Shown here piece by piece: positions 1-12,580 of a stretch of 64,000 nucleotides of DNA (positions are counted from its first letter, which is position 1; every line of letters begins with the position of its first letter). Origin of the DNA: Phoronis australis (taxonomy: Eukaryota > Animalia > Phoronida); assembly GCA_002633005.1 (NCBI GenBank), contig NMRA01000415.1, positions 343,556 to 407,555 of the forward strand, in the 5' to 3' direction. Position numbers and translations under genes: made by a program. Under the pieces are notes generated by a model that saw only the letters and a program-made list of their open reading frames with translations, had not been told where the DNA came from and made no database searches.

Positions 1-819
1 CTCGACTCGTAAAGTAAGGTAGACTCAACAAAAACTGACATCGTCGTAGGCAGCGAGTGTGGTATACTTACATGTACATGTATTTGCAGCATCACAGGTG
101 AAATGTTTGAGGCGATTAGGGGGGCGACTAAAATGGGAAGTACAAGGGGCAAGAGTTTGAATTTGTCAACTTTGTCAGTCTCCCAATAACTTGTATCTAC
201 CAACTTGCTTGTGCACTATTCTCACCTCTCACGTGACTGCCATCATATAAACAATTCTTACGCACGCACCATGCGCCAACAACAAATCGTATCGGTGACT
301 GTTGCACGCCACACAGTTTTTTCCTTTGTTTCCACAATTTTGGACCATACGCCCCAGAGTCGCGTCAATCGAACTACATCATTGATAAATCAATATTTCA
401 TAGGTAATGTCTTTCTATACGCTTGCGGTTTTTACCAAAATTTCGTCTTAAGTTCAGTGCCGTTAAACTTAGGCTGTTTTCTTGGTACACCAAAACACAT
501 ACATGTAAAAAACTGAATCTGCTCAAGAGTTTCATTATGAAACTTATCATTGGTGACGCCATGCAGCGACTTTGACCTAAAGAAGCCTACATGTATTTTA
601 CAATAGGCAAATACATGTATATTCTGATATGCAAAAGTCTATTCTGCGACATAACAACAGCACGTAAATTTTGAAATGCACAGAAAAAAACGGAGTTCAT
701 CGCTCTCCATTCACACATTTGAAGCGCGGCTAGAAAAGTGCACATCAATATAGTTTATTTGATGACTAATTTGCAAACAATCGTTTGAATCGTTGAATAA
801 TTCAAGAATATTTACTTAC

Positions 820-870
820 TTGGCCCGGGGTCAGTGCCTAGGGAATGAACGATACCAGAAATCTCGTGAC
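820..870 (-). CDS. Alcohol dehydrogenase coding exon 3: (G)HEISGIVHSLGTDPGP; the gene continues beyond the left edge
   Basis: Acceptor TTTCTCACAG|, donor A|GTAAGT. Completes the GHExxGxV Zn-ADH signature across a phase-1 intron. Confidence 0.92.
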
Positions 871-1093
871 CTGTGAGAAATGGAACAGAGAGGCTTTGAA
901 CATGTGGAATCGAAACATGCATGAACCTCAGGTACCAACATAGTAACTAATGGCATAGTTCAATAACAGCAGGTGTTCACGCAACGTTCACCAACCACTG
1001 TTTCTAGGGTAACGCCTTATCCGGTGATCAAATTCATCGTAAGAAGGCATGGCTAAACATTCGATTGAAAGGCTAGTGTTTCGCTTAGTGTAC

Positions 1094-1546
1094 AGTGCCG
1101 GGTTCCTCGAAACAGTTCCAAGTAGGCACTCAACTAAGTTCCTTAAATTTTGTGCCTATTTGGGTCTTTGTTAACTCACCGATTTAATGTTTCGTGTATC
1201 ATTTCATCTTTATAATGATCTGCTCTTTGACTAAAGACATTTTCTAATAACATAACTAAAAAGTGAGCCCTGAATTCAATGGAAATCAATAGGGACTTAG
1301 GCCTTAATTTAGGGGCGTTGCATGAAAAGATCCATACACATACAGTGTACATAATATTGAGAATTCAACGTCGAGTTCACTCTCGATTTGCATCAAAGCC
1401 AAAAGATGACTTAGTAATGAAGCACAACAACAGCATGATAAAGTACAATCAGTGTTTTCACAAGTCCGCAAATACATGTAAGCAGTGGATTTAAGGAACT
1501 TATAGTTGAGTGCCTATTTGTGACTGTTTCATACAGCCGGCCACTG
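1094..1546. mobile_element. MITE with ~55-bp terminal inverted repeats (PIF/Harbinger-like)
   Basis: Left arm ...GAAACAGTTCCAAGTAGGCACTCAACTAAGTTCCTTAAA is inverted at the right end (TTTAAGGAACTTATAGTTGAGTGCCTATTTGTGACTGTTTC). The internal motif TTAGGGGCGTTGCAT recurs near 1980. Superfamily is inferred. Confidence 0.7.
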
Positions 1547-2967
1547 GACACCTTACTAGCTTAACAGTGAATTGGCGGCCACTGGTGTGATTTGTCGCCG
1601 AGGTCGGAATGTTGAATTATGGTATAAATATCATAAATTATGGGATAAAATCCACTCATTCCGTATCATAAGCCAGAGTTTTCGACGTAAACGTAAGCTA
1701 ATGTCTTGGGTCTAAGGAACGTCACTCCTTTGTTCTAACAAGATCACAGCGCCGGGTTGCATCAGACAGTATCACCTGATTCTCAAGTAAAAGTACATGT
1801 AAACCCCCTAAATTTTCAGCGTAATTGGAGACTTTGTTTACTTATCGCTGTTATATGACATCACTTTGCATTCATTATACATTTGTAAGCTACTCTTTTA
1901 GTATTGGCATTTTCTTATGATAAATTTGAAAACTGGGCTGATGTTTTAATAAAAGTAAATTGAGATTAAGTCCTTCAATTAGGGGCGTTGCATTAAAAGT
2001 TAATATTGATTTCGAGTAATATTAAGAATTCAAGGTACATAGTTTACTACCGGTCTGACTATCAAATCTAAAACTTGACGTGGCAATGGAGATGAAATGG
2101 AAGACGAAAAGACAAGCAATGTATGCGCAGAGTTCACAAAAGTACTGAATATTCGGGCAACATACTGTAGTTGGGCACTTATTGGGATTGGTAAATGCAA
2201 CAGTCAACTCATGTTTAAATTTAAAATAAAGGCACACCTTTGCACAAGCTGACAGATGCATTTAGGGAAGCAACCGAATGCCTTAATGAACCATTCGCAT
2301 TGCTTATCCTGTCTCCTCATACCGTTGTTATTTCCGATAAACGTGGTAAAATCTTTTACAAAGAACCCTTACAAGCAACAGGTGATGACGCAAATTTTAA
2401 AATACTTCTTCAGTGTGCCTTACGCAAGAAAATATGTGCCGTCGAACGCTTAAACAGGAAGCAGCAAAATATAATACGGGCACTCTTAGCGGCAACAGTG
2501 AGTTCTGTTCTCGTTCTGTTTAATTAGCGTGACCAGAGTGAAGCAAAAACAAATCTAACACTCAAACTAAACGGAACTGATAAGTCATACATCGACACGA
2601 ATCATCATCTTGATCCGAGTTTAAAGACTTTCTACTGCAGTTAGTGACAATACAGTGGGCCTAGCCTAAAAATTATCAATCAAAGAGTAATGACCCTAAC
2701 TTGTTCATGGAAAAATGAGGCCTTGTAAAACCCAGCCCAGCTTCAATTCCGAACAATTCAAAACCAACCAAAATGGTAAAAAACACAATGATTTAGCAAC
2801 TATAAAGCACCAGTACACGGCATCATGCACCTACATTACGTCTACTCCTCGTTAATAGACTTTCATGCTGATATCGATGCCACAAACCATGTTGCGCGTT
2901 GTAATTCGTAGACCCCGATACATGGGCTGACCAATGTAAATTTCGAAAGCTTTTGGAGTATCCTTAC

Positions 2968-3088
2968 CAGGGACAATGGGAAAGTTGTAGTTAGGGTTGT
3001 CACTCAAATGCTCAACCACGCCCTCTCCCATGCCAAGTTCGTCATCCCACACATGAACGTCCGTGTGACAAATTCCGGAATACTGCGT
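2968..3088 (-). CDS. Alcohol dehydrogenase coding exon 2: TQYSGICHTDVHVWDDELGMGEGVVEHLSDNPNYNFPIVP(G)
   Basis: Acceptor TTTCCAG|, donor G|GTAAGG (phase 1). Contains the catalytic-Zn motif GICHTD. Confidence 0.93.
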
Positions 3089-4926
3089 CTGGAAAGGCAC
3101 GTAAGATCATGTAATACAGGAATACAGTGTACATATGTATAGCCCTGTTCCACATACAATCCTTTTCTACATAGATACAATAATTCCATCTATAAGTATT
3201 CCAGTGGTGTGCATTTTCACACTAAATTTGCATTGCCTTCAGATATAGTCTTTCGACCGGGTGGTAATGTTGCACTCAGAGATGTGTATCATTTCACCCA
3301 GTTGGAAAAGATTTCCAATCAGGACTAAAACATTTCTCCTCCGTCATTAGAAGTATCAGATTGTTACAAAGAACAGACACGATACTTGACTTGTGGCGAG
3401 ATGAAAATGGCAGCCATATTGCCAATAAAGCTACTGAACTTTTCATACAATACTAACGGATATGAGATTTCCAAACCAACAAGTCTGAATTGTAGTCACT
3501 TTAACGTCGTAACTTGCCGTTTGCTCAGGATCTGCTTGTATAAACTGGACCAGCACCCAGTTGCATAAAAGTTAACCGCCGTATAACAATAATGACGTCG
3601 CGTTATTACGCGTCCTGTCATTATTGTCGAAACAATACAGCTGACGTCATCTAACAATCAAACATATACAACGAATAACCTTTGAAACTTTATGCAACTT
3701 AACCCTGAACTGCTGTTATAAGCACCTAGAATGTACATCATGCCGCAAACACTGTATGTCTTTATACCCTAAAGTTCAGGTGGCAGTGTGCCTTTTTCCG
3801 TTAAATCAAGGGATTTTACTATGCTTCAAGACATCAGTTGTATTGTATCCAAAAAGAGAAATCTCTAGTTTACTTGGGAACATGAAAGAAATTCCATATT
3901 CATCATTCATACATGTGCGCGCAATAGTGACGACTGTTTCGAACAATTCCTCGCATGTTATGAGGTGGTTATGTTTTTCATCCTACTCGAAGAGTTTTCC
4001 ACCTAACATAACGGCAACGTTTTCTTACCCGGTTGATTTGTTTTAGAACCAAGTGGAAATATTTGCACCCGAATAAAATGCTTTCACACTTGTGATAGAC
4101 TTTACCCTAATTTACTGCAAATCAGGTGTAGAGATATGCTGAATCCAGCACCTCAGTATAAGGCGATGGCTCTTATTGTTTTTTGGGAACACTTGAAAAT
4201 GACCTAGAGGCCACCGTGCTAAATTCATACAGGCCACATCGCTTAGGTCATTTGTCATTTTTGTTATGCAGTCATGACCAAAATAAATCTTTCAAAAACA
4301 AACAGAAAACAAGACAACACCCACAGAGAATTCCAAACTGGCGAAGACTGTACACACATGCACATGTATTATCGGTCTGTCTAGGTTATACTATAGCCTT
4401 CAAGCAGCACTGCATAATACTGTTAGTGGTCTCCACGTGTATCGTGTTTTCACACATTTGCGCTTAGGATTGGTGCATCACGCCAGAATGCAAATGTCTC
4501 AGACTTGTAGATCATGGCTTTACATTCCAGTATAAGGCTTAACTCTAGCATAAATAAAAGGCATTATATTCCAGGCATCGCTGTATACTGTAATTCAATC
4601 CTGCATTGCTCGATAACTTTTTCAAGGCACCAGTTTTACCAGTGTCAGTTATCATGATATTGTTGAGTTCGAGTGCTCTTCAAAGTAGATAAGGTTCTTC
4701 AAAATAAGTTTTAGCGAGGCATACATGTATTTTACATCTGGGCACCTACGCCAACATAACCAGTGTGCGAGACTCACTGGGGTAAAAAAAAGATGCTGCA
4801 AGTGTCGTTTTATGAAAACAGTACTCCAGGGGCTTTTCTTTGGCATCTCTGTGATATTAGGTAGACTGGATACGTGACGTATACAACAGAAATACACGTG
4901 CCAGTGAAACTGCATCAGATGTACAA

Positions 4927-5222
4927 GGGGTCTGTTTCAAGAACCGTGACTTAAGACCTTACATTGTACAGAAATTTGGTCTTACCCTCCCACTTCACAT
5001 TATTACCAAATAATGGTTTAAACATGAAGTCATTGGTTCATCCTGCCTGGAAATAGTTTTTACTAATTTTTCTCCATAAGTAACCGTTATTGGTGTATTC
5101 TCAGACACTTTATTCTTTTGCTTAAGTCAGTCTAAACTATTTTTTCAGAAGTGGTTATGTGAAGCATCAAGACCATTGGCAAATTTCTTAAGTATTCTGT
5201 CCCTTTTCATGAAACAGATCCC
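4927..5222. mobile_element. MITE (Harbinger-like), probably related to 26937-27171
   Basis: TIRs GGGGTCTGTTTCAAGAA / TTCATGAAACAGATCCC; internal CTTAAG motifs. Confidence 0.55.
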
Positions 5223-7706
5223 AGGACTAACTTCGGCAAAAGAATTTTTCTTATCTCCCGTTGTGATACACAATACCTTAAGTGATCCATCTAGAATTGA
5301 TAATTCTTTTAAAACAAATGTTGTAAATTAACATGTTGGCTATAGTGATTTACATCTTAATTTTTATTTATAATTGTTCTCGCACCATGGTTCTTTGTGA
5401 ATTGTTTGTCGTGGATCCCAAGCCAAAATGGTGACAGTCACCAATCGGACTACTTGCTTCATAAACGGGAATAGAAGAACTTTGGAATTCAGAGGTACAT
5501 GTACATGTATACACCATTAGAAAATAGTACCGTCTATTACTTTTCCTCAATTTGTTTTTAACCGGACGTTTTTATCGGATAGAGTGGGGTTTCGCGATAT
5601 CATGTTTGCGGTTTTGATAACAGTGTTGCTGGTGACCGATTAAACCTGGGCCGGTCGCTTATCAAATAGGTGAAAGAAGTCAAGATCGCTACATGAGTGA
5701 ATCGGTACGCGCTGCTAACGTAAATTGTTTGAGCTTTTCAATGCATTCTAGCAGACTTCGAGAACTGGCCATTAGAGGACGTGCTAACTACGAATTGTTC
5801 TTCAGCGACAATCTCATCTTTTACCTGACACTTAGTGAGAGACCTATTACCTAGAAATTGCCATGGGCGACTAATTTTGGGTGCAAGTTTAAAATTGGTG
5901 CACAGGCGCACTACTTTGGCCACATAGCTTGAAAAAAGGTGGACAAAGTTTATACAGATTCACAGTGCTACGAAAGGTAGCCCTGTGGAATGTTGTTTAT
6001 CATGGCTTCTCATTGGTTTAAGTAATCAAACCAACGTCATAACATTTAGTCATTCCCACAGACTGAAATCTGGGAAACCCTTTCAGATTACTGTTACATA
6101 CAGTAGTGTGGCGACTACATTTGACTCGAATAATTGCAATATTTTAAAAGAGCAGTGATCGAAGTAAACAAAATCAAAGAAACCCCGATCCAGTGGCTAA
6201 TCCCAAACAAGTTTAGTGCATAGAAGGCGTGTGTAAGTGGTGGTGATAAGATCGATAAACTTCCGGCCTAGCACGCGCATTGATGCCCACTAACGGAATT
6301 CCGTGTGTCGTTCATCGTGTTTCGATAGCGCCACTTTTAAGTATAGGTGGCGCTGTGTCAGAGGGTAGACAAAGTTGACAATTCAAGTTAAGTGGGCTTG
6401 TTGTAATCACTATACTGTTTGTGACAGAACTTATTTTCTTGCCCATAAGTTAACACCGCGCATTAGAAAATTGAGTTGAGAATATAACACATGATTAGTT
6501 GGAAGATTCGTGCACAAAATTAGCCGTGTCACACGTGTCCTGCTCCCGAAAATAGAAACTGTGTGAATTTGTACTTTTTGAAACTACATGCAATACATTC
6601 GGTCATAATGTAACTGAAGGGATGAGAGAAATATTGAGAAACGGGATTTGTGACACATTTTATTGTCGAAGATATGATGCACTGCGGTGCAGGACGAACG
6701 AACGCTACTGCATTAAACTATGCGTAGTTGAAAATTTGTAGCACGTGCCTGTTGAAACTAAAATTGCAATTTGCAGAAATCTCATAATTGGCGTTTGTTT
6801 GGACGTCGCCTCTCAAACACTATAAGCTCACTTTCGGACACCACCGAGTTCGGAGAATCAAACAAATGTACAGCAGAAATGTCAAGTTTATGTTCTAAAT
6901 ATTTATACTTTTGGAGAACAAAGATGAGCTGTTGTATGTAATTTTAGTTTATTCATTCATAAACTCACTTCTGGAAATAAGTGAGTGAGTCAGGTTGTGA
7001 ACACTGAATTGAAGGGTCACTTTAAAGTTATGTGCTGATAAGGGGGGCCTCGAACACATGATTACTAAATTACCTCTAAATTTAGCACTATACACCTCAT
7101 TTTGTTACCTGTGGGTTTAATTAATTACCCGACTGAAATATCTTTAATTTGTAAATGCATTGCTTTTATTTAGCTGTTGGTGTGACGAGTTCTTTAGCTG
7201 ACGTGTTCATCAAAGTGGCAGAATACACCAGAACCCGCGTATTTAATGTGAGCATTTTATTTTCCTTACGTGTTCCTTATCTGTGGTGACCTTACTTTGA
7301 AGTGTAGTTTACTTAGAGTAAATGCCGATAACCCAGTTAAAGCTATCGCTTCGAGATTGTGTCAACTCATTTATTTTCCTGTCCTATTTTTATCTTGACT
7401 AAGCTCATGTAGATGTCAACAGGCCACAATGTTACTTCGTTACTACCAACCTTGACACGGTAATGTGCAGGACCCTTTCGTCAAGCGAAATGACGTCACG
7501 TATTTCTCACGCTCGGACTGCTCTCCTTATACCAAAGACAATCGCGAGGAAACCTAGTTGGATCACGTGGTCCAATTATTATGCGTGATGATATCTCTCG
7601 AACACTTCCATCGTTTCCGCTATTTTCTAGCGCCCAAGGAACAGAGCTCTGTGCGTTAAATGTCCCTACGGTTCTAGAATATCTGTTGCTTCCATGTTGC
7701 AGAAGT

Positions 7707-7781
7707 TGCGGAATCTTTCCACAAAAACAGGTCAGTCGTTTTTCGTATGACCAACTCAACCTGCCAAAAACTTTTCCCAGT
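7707..7781 (+). repeat. Perfect 75-bp copy of 11012-11086, ending at an N
   Basis: Identical sequence TGCGGAATCTTTCC...AAAAACTTTTCCCAGT in both places; N at 7782. Confidence 0.9.
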
Positions 7782-8649
7782 NATCGCTTAACATATGTCG
7801 GTAGCAATATACGCGAAAAAAACAGTGCAATCAACAAGCTACAAATGGCTATAAATGTTTAGCCGCCTTTACAGCTTGTGTGACATAAGCAACGTGTGAA
7901 TTTCAACAGACTAAGATATTAAGTTTAAGCTCATGTAATAGGGTCAGTGCACACACCGCTTACTTTTGAGGTTGAAACGAACGGTGCCTATGTTCAGTCT
8001 AACGTGTCAATAAATGCAACCACAAATTAACTGATATGACAAAATTAATACTCAAATAAATTAATAAAACTGTTCTAAAATGTTTACAATAGGGATTCTC
8101 CAAAACATGACGCGTCTCCCAAAAATGACGTCGAAAGTTTGTTCTTAATTCCTATCCAATCTTCTCACTGACGCACAAACAAAACACGCAGTCACGTGAT
8201 GGGAGTTTACGGTTGTTTAATATCAGGGAAAGACAGGAAGCAAATGTACTATCGTTATTATTATCTGTCTCACTTAAACCAGTCGACCCCTACTTGCAAC
8301 CCAACTTTCAACAAGTTCTTTTCACTGTGATGACAATGACAGCTCAGTGCCAACTGCGGGAAATGTTCCACGAAGCATTGGAGCTCCCTATGCATCTACA
8401 CGTACATGTACACCATATGTTGAGACTTGACCAGGATAACTCAGGATGTGAACTAACAAACGTACCATCTCAGGAACGTTTTGTACTTTGATAATCAAAA
8501 TAGCATTCTTTAAGAAATTTGCAATTACTATACATTTTTTCTGAAGTATTTTATTTTGATTGGTATGCTTTACATGTATATTCAACAGTACTGATGATTG
8601 CATATTTCAACTGCTATACAGTACATACGGCGAAGATATATGTTCATAC

Positions 8650-8742
8650 CTTAACCACGAGACCCTGCGCCGGGGGCTCCGGTATGGGGTGATCTTCTAG
8701 CTTGAGTGGTTCCGACGGTACGTGGATCTCAGCTCGACGCAT
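8650..8742 (-). CDS. Zn-dependent alcohol dehydrogenase (MDR family), coding exon 1: MRRAEIHVPSEPLKLEDHPIPEPPAQGLVVK
   Basis: ATG at 8742, 31 codons, phase-0 donor AAG|GTATGA. Matches the MDR N-terminal pattern 'PL.LE..P.P.P....VVK' and joins in frame to the 3088 exon. An in-frame upstream ATG exists at 8793. Confidence 0.9.
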
Positions 8743-8805
8743 GATGCTGGTTTTCCTCGTGCACAGTTTGGGCTGCGAGTCGCGAGACTGCATACGTGAG
8801 AACCA

Positions 8806-8813
8806 TTTTATAT
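8806..8813 (-). promoter_or_regulatory. Candidate TATA box of the ADH gene
   Basis: Minus-strand ATATAAAA about 65 nt upstream of the 8742 ATG, followed by an Inr-like CAGT near 8790. Confidence 0.4.
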
Positions 8814-9589
8814 CTACACTAACTTATGATCTACGGAAGAGAATTCGAGCCACGCAAAAAAATTCTGTACCATGCAAATGCGTACATGTATATCAATGGT
8901 CAACTTATCTTAACTACAAACATTTTAGTATGTGACAGCCAGTTATTAGCCAAGTGTGCTTAGAGACGAATCATTTTCATTAGAAATACTTCAATTTTTT
9001 AATACTAATTCACCAGAATTAAACATTTTTTCCAATTTTACTGTCTTAGCCTAATGGAAGTTCAGGCCCCACATGGTGTTGATTGCGGATTATTTAATCC
9101 CGTGATAATGACGTGAGCGGTTTTGTCTCCCATGGCATAGGCACTTACTCAAAAAAATCATGATTTTTGCCGAATGGAGTTGCTATTATTTTGTAGCGTT
9201 AAAACGCTCAATATACTTTCTTTATCAAGGCGCCTCCTATTCAGCGAAGAAACTGGGTTCCCGTGATATATGTTTGATAATGCCACGTGACGCATCAATG
9301 CCGACTGCACAAAACTTTTGCCGGGAAAAATTTGCACCACTGTTCGAGCTTGGATTCAGCGTTGATACGGATTTCTTGCTTTTTATCAAAACTTCCGCCT
9401 TTTCAACTGAGGAGTCTCGTTTTTTGTTCTCGAATGTTGCCAAATATCTGGCTGGAATCAACTTTTTCATTTTTGAATTCTTCAGTGTTTTTACCCAGGT
9501 TCCTACCTCATCCACCCATACAACGTAAAATTCATGTCTTTACAAAGCACTTGAATTGATCAACTTCTCCAAATTCTTCTTGCATCTAT

Positions 9590-11080
9590 GGAACGCAGCT
9601 TTTCCCAAATGCTAGAAAAAAGAACGAAGGAAAAAGAAAATGTGGTAACATGTACTGCAACAGAGGTATCTAGTACTCCTATAAAATACGTATCGAATAA
9701 AATACTCTGATCATATTTACAATGTCACTTCGCTGTATTTCGCAGGTAAGATGGAATTGTGCGCTCGGATCCTTATTAATTTGCAAGGAATGCTCAGTTG
9801 CGAGGTAATTACTCTATGTGTACATGATGAGGAATTAGGTTAAATATGATTTTGAAGATACATAGTGTACAAAATAAAAAACGCCGAGCCGGGGCGGAAT
9901 CCCAATAAAATTCCTTTTTTGGATGATTCATCAATTTTTCTCATAAGATCGTTTATTTATGTGATTCGGGACCCTAACATCTAGCCAAAAACGAGATGTT
10001 ATACACTGCAGCTGTCATTCCTAAAGACAATAAATTCTAAGAATACTTGGTTAGCTGACATTCCAAAGGCAAAATATCCCTGGGGAGCTGGATATCTATT
10101 TCCTTGCAAAATCTTACCGGATTGTGTTGCTCACCGTATTAAGGTTTCCTCGATTCATTGATTGCAAGACTCAGGCAGCGAGATTCATAGGTGAAAACAG
10201 CGCAGGACTATTTTTTACATCATGCATTACACTGACAGCCATAACATCCTAGCTCTGCTGGTGTTGGTAGATTTTGGGACAGCTTTTGATTCTGTGTCCA
10301 GAAATTTCATTCACAAAGTTTTAGCTTTTTCAAGTTAAGACACTGTCTAAATAAGTTCGTCCGTTTGTTGAACAGATGCACTGGTGTGATTCAACACGGA
10401 TTCACCTCAGAATACTCCCCTGTCAACCGAGGATGTCGTCAAAGTTTCCCGTCCAAATTGGAAACTACGAATAGCACTTTTGAGTTAACACGGAGCTTAA
10501 ATTGAACAGCTCAAATGAGTTAATAAAGAGAAATTTGATGTTCTAGACCAAGTTCATGAATACCCAGGCTTCAAATAAAATATGGGAAAGACGCATTGTG
10601 TGTGGATTAGCGGAATCGAATTAATTCTCACTAAGAGTTCATGTTCAGGTAAAACGGGAGTGATTTACCTGTACATCGATTTTGGTATCAGCATGGACGT
10701 CACTATGGACCTATTTTTGTGCCAGGTACTGTGTCTTATTTAAAGTCGGGAACTGAAACTTGAATATATTTCCTGATATAGGATTACGAATTAGGTGGCG
10801 CTTTCCAACGATTCATAGGAAATGAAATGGGTATACTTCTCATCGACGTTGATGAACAAAGGTTCATTCGGTGATTTAATCTTCGCACACAACCGCTCAT
10901 CAAGCAATTCCGAGAACATCGGTAGCCTATCGCAGCAAAGGTGGACCAATTTGGTGTAGTGGACAAAACTTTATATCCCAGCACCCCAATGGGAGATTGT
11001 TGTCAATGCTGTGCGGAATCTTTCCACAAAAACAGGTCAGTCGTTTTTCGTATGACCAACTCAACCTGCCAAAAACTTTT
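9590..11080 (+). mobile_element. Degenerate L1/Tx1-type LINE ORF2 fragment, interrupted at 11081 and probably resuming at 18837-19140
   Basis: Remnant RT motifs KILxxCVAHRIK, RFIGEN and LVDFGTAFDSVSRNFIHKVL (~10260-10325); many frameshifts. Confidence 0.7.
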
Positions 11081-12212
11081 CCCAGTAAACACGTAGGTAC
11101 TGGGCCAATACTGGCCCTGAATTGTCTTCAATGATGTAGGCCAGTACTGGCCCAATAACATTTTGCACACCTTCCCCGTATTGGCCCCGGTACAAGATTG
11201 CGATATCGAGCCGGTAAAGGACCAGTACCACGCCATTACTGGGCCAGTACACCAATAACCGGTTTCGGCCCTGTAAAGGGCCAGTATTGACAGACTGTGT
11301 TGGCCAGTACAGAGTCATTGATGGGCTCATATTAAGCCAGTACACAAATTACATAGGCGAAAGTGCAGTGGTGGGCCAGTACAGTGCCAGTTGCCTTTAC
11401 AGGCTGAATGCAGGAATATTGTTTGTGAGTATAACCAACAGATTTGTTTTTTTCAATTCTTCAGGTTTTTAAATTCTAAAACGTTTGCTTTGTTAGTTAT
11501 TGCATGTGCAGCTGTGCCTTACAAGAAGACAAGTCTTGTTCTCTAATACATTTATTGCTATGAAACTGCCCAAGTAAAATACTTACAAAAATTATTAATT
11601 ATATAAATAACAACTAAGCAACTAATTATTTTTTACAAAACTGTCGCAGGGTTATTAGTATACTGGCAGCGTCACACAGTCTTCGCCCTCCCTCCCTGTC
11701 TCCAGCGTTTCGGAACATGGTGCCCATTTTCCTATAAAGCTTGCATTAGCATAATCGTGCTCCTTGATCACAATCCCTGAAATAAAACAAACCCTGCTTA
11801 GTATCTTAGAGTACAAACTAAAAGACTCAACTACACATTTTCCAGATAAGTTATTCATAATAAGAATTACCTTAAGACAGCGTATACCATTCCACCACGA
11901 AACTAATTTGAAATTTATAATCTACAAGATATAAATGTTTCATCCTTTCCCAACACAAGTACTACAGCTGGTTATAGAACTTCAGTTTCTTGTAATAAAT
12001 ATTTTCAGAAGCGACTTTTTATTAATTCCATTTCTTCCCAAAATGTGTATTTTGTCACCATTTTAAAAATCCTATAAAATACTTCACAAACTGTTACAAA
12101 AAGTCTTACGAGCATCAATTGATGGTTTTGCACTATGTTGACACACAATAGTGACACTGATGTGACCTTTTAAACTTTGTCCCCAAGCCTCAAGATGGCG
12201 CCTATAGGTTTA

Positions 12213-12580
12213 GCCATTTGAGGCTTGGTTATGGGAATTACTTTCTGCACAACGATTGACCGATGCTTTGACGTCATTGAACAAAGGCAGATGGCAATTA
12301 TTTTCACATTGCAGCCATTCATGAGACAGAAGGCATTGTTTTACTTATTGTCTGAAATAAAAGTTCTGCTTTTTATCAATTCTTATTTATGAATAGTATG
12401 AACCTGTTTTTGAATCAAAAGACATCATTTTGCAATAATTTGGATCTAAATTGCTACAATATACCATTGTTTTTATTTTCATATACAATTGTAGAAAATT
12501 TGGAAATTACGGGTGACATTCCGGGAATTTCTGTAAAAATTCTGACACATTTTATTTCCCGTTACCAAGCCTCAAATAGC
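12213..12580. mobile_element. MITE with TTAA-like target site (Kolobok-like)
   Basis: TIRs GCCATTTGAGGCTTGGTTATGGGAA / TTCCCGTTACCAAGCCTCAAATAGC, flanked by TTTA and TTAA. Confidence 0.7.

Noticed and set aside
9160-9559. Overlapping 90-122-aa ORFs on both strands upstream of ADH
   Set aside because: No recognisable domain; adjacent to LINE debris; lengths are compatible with chance.
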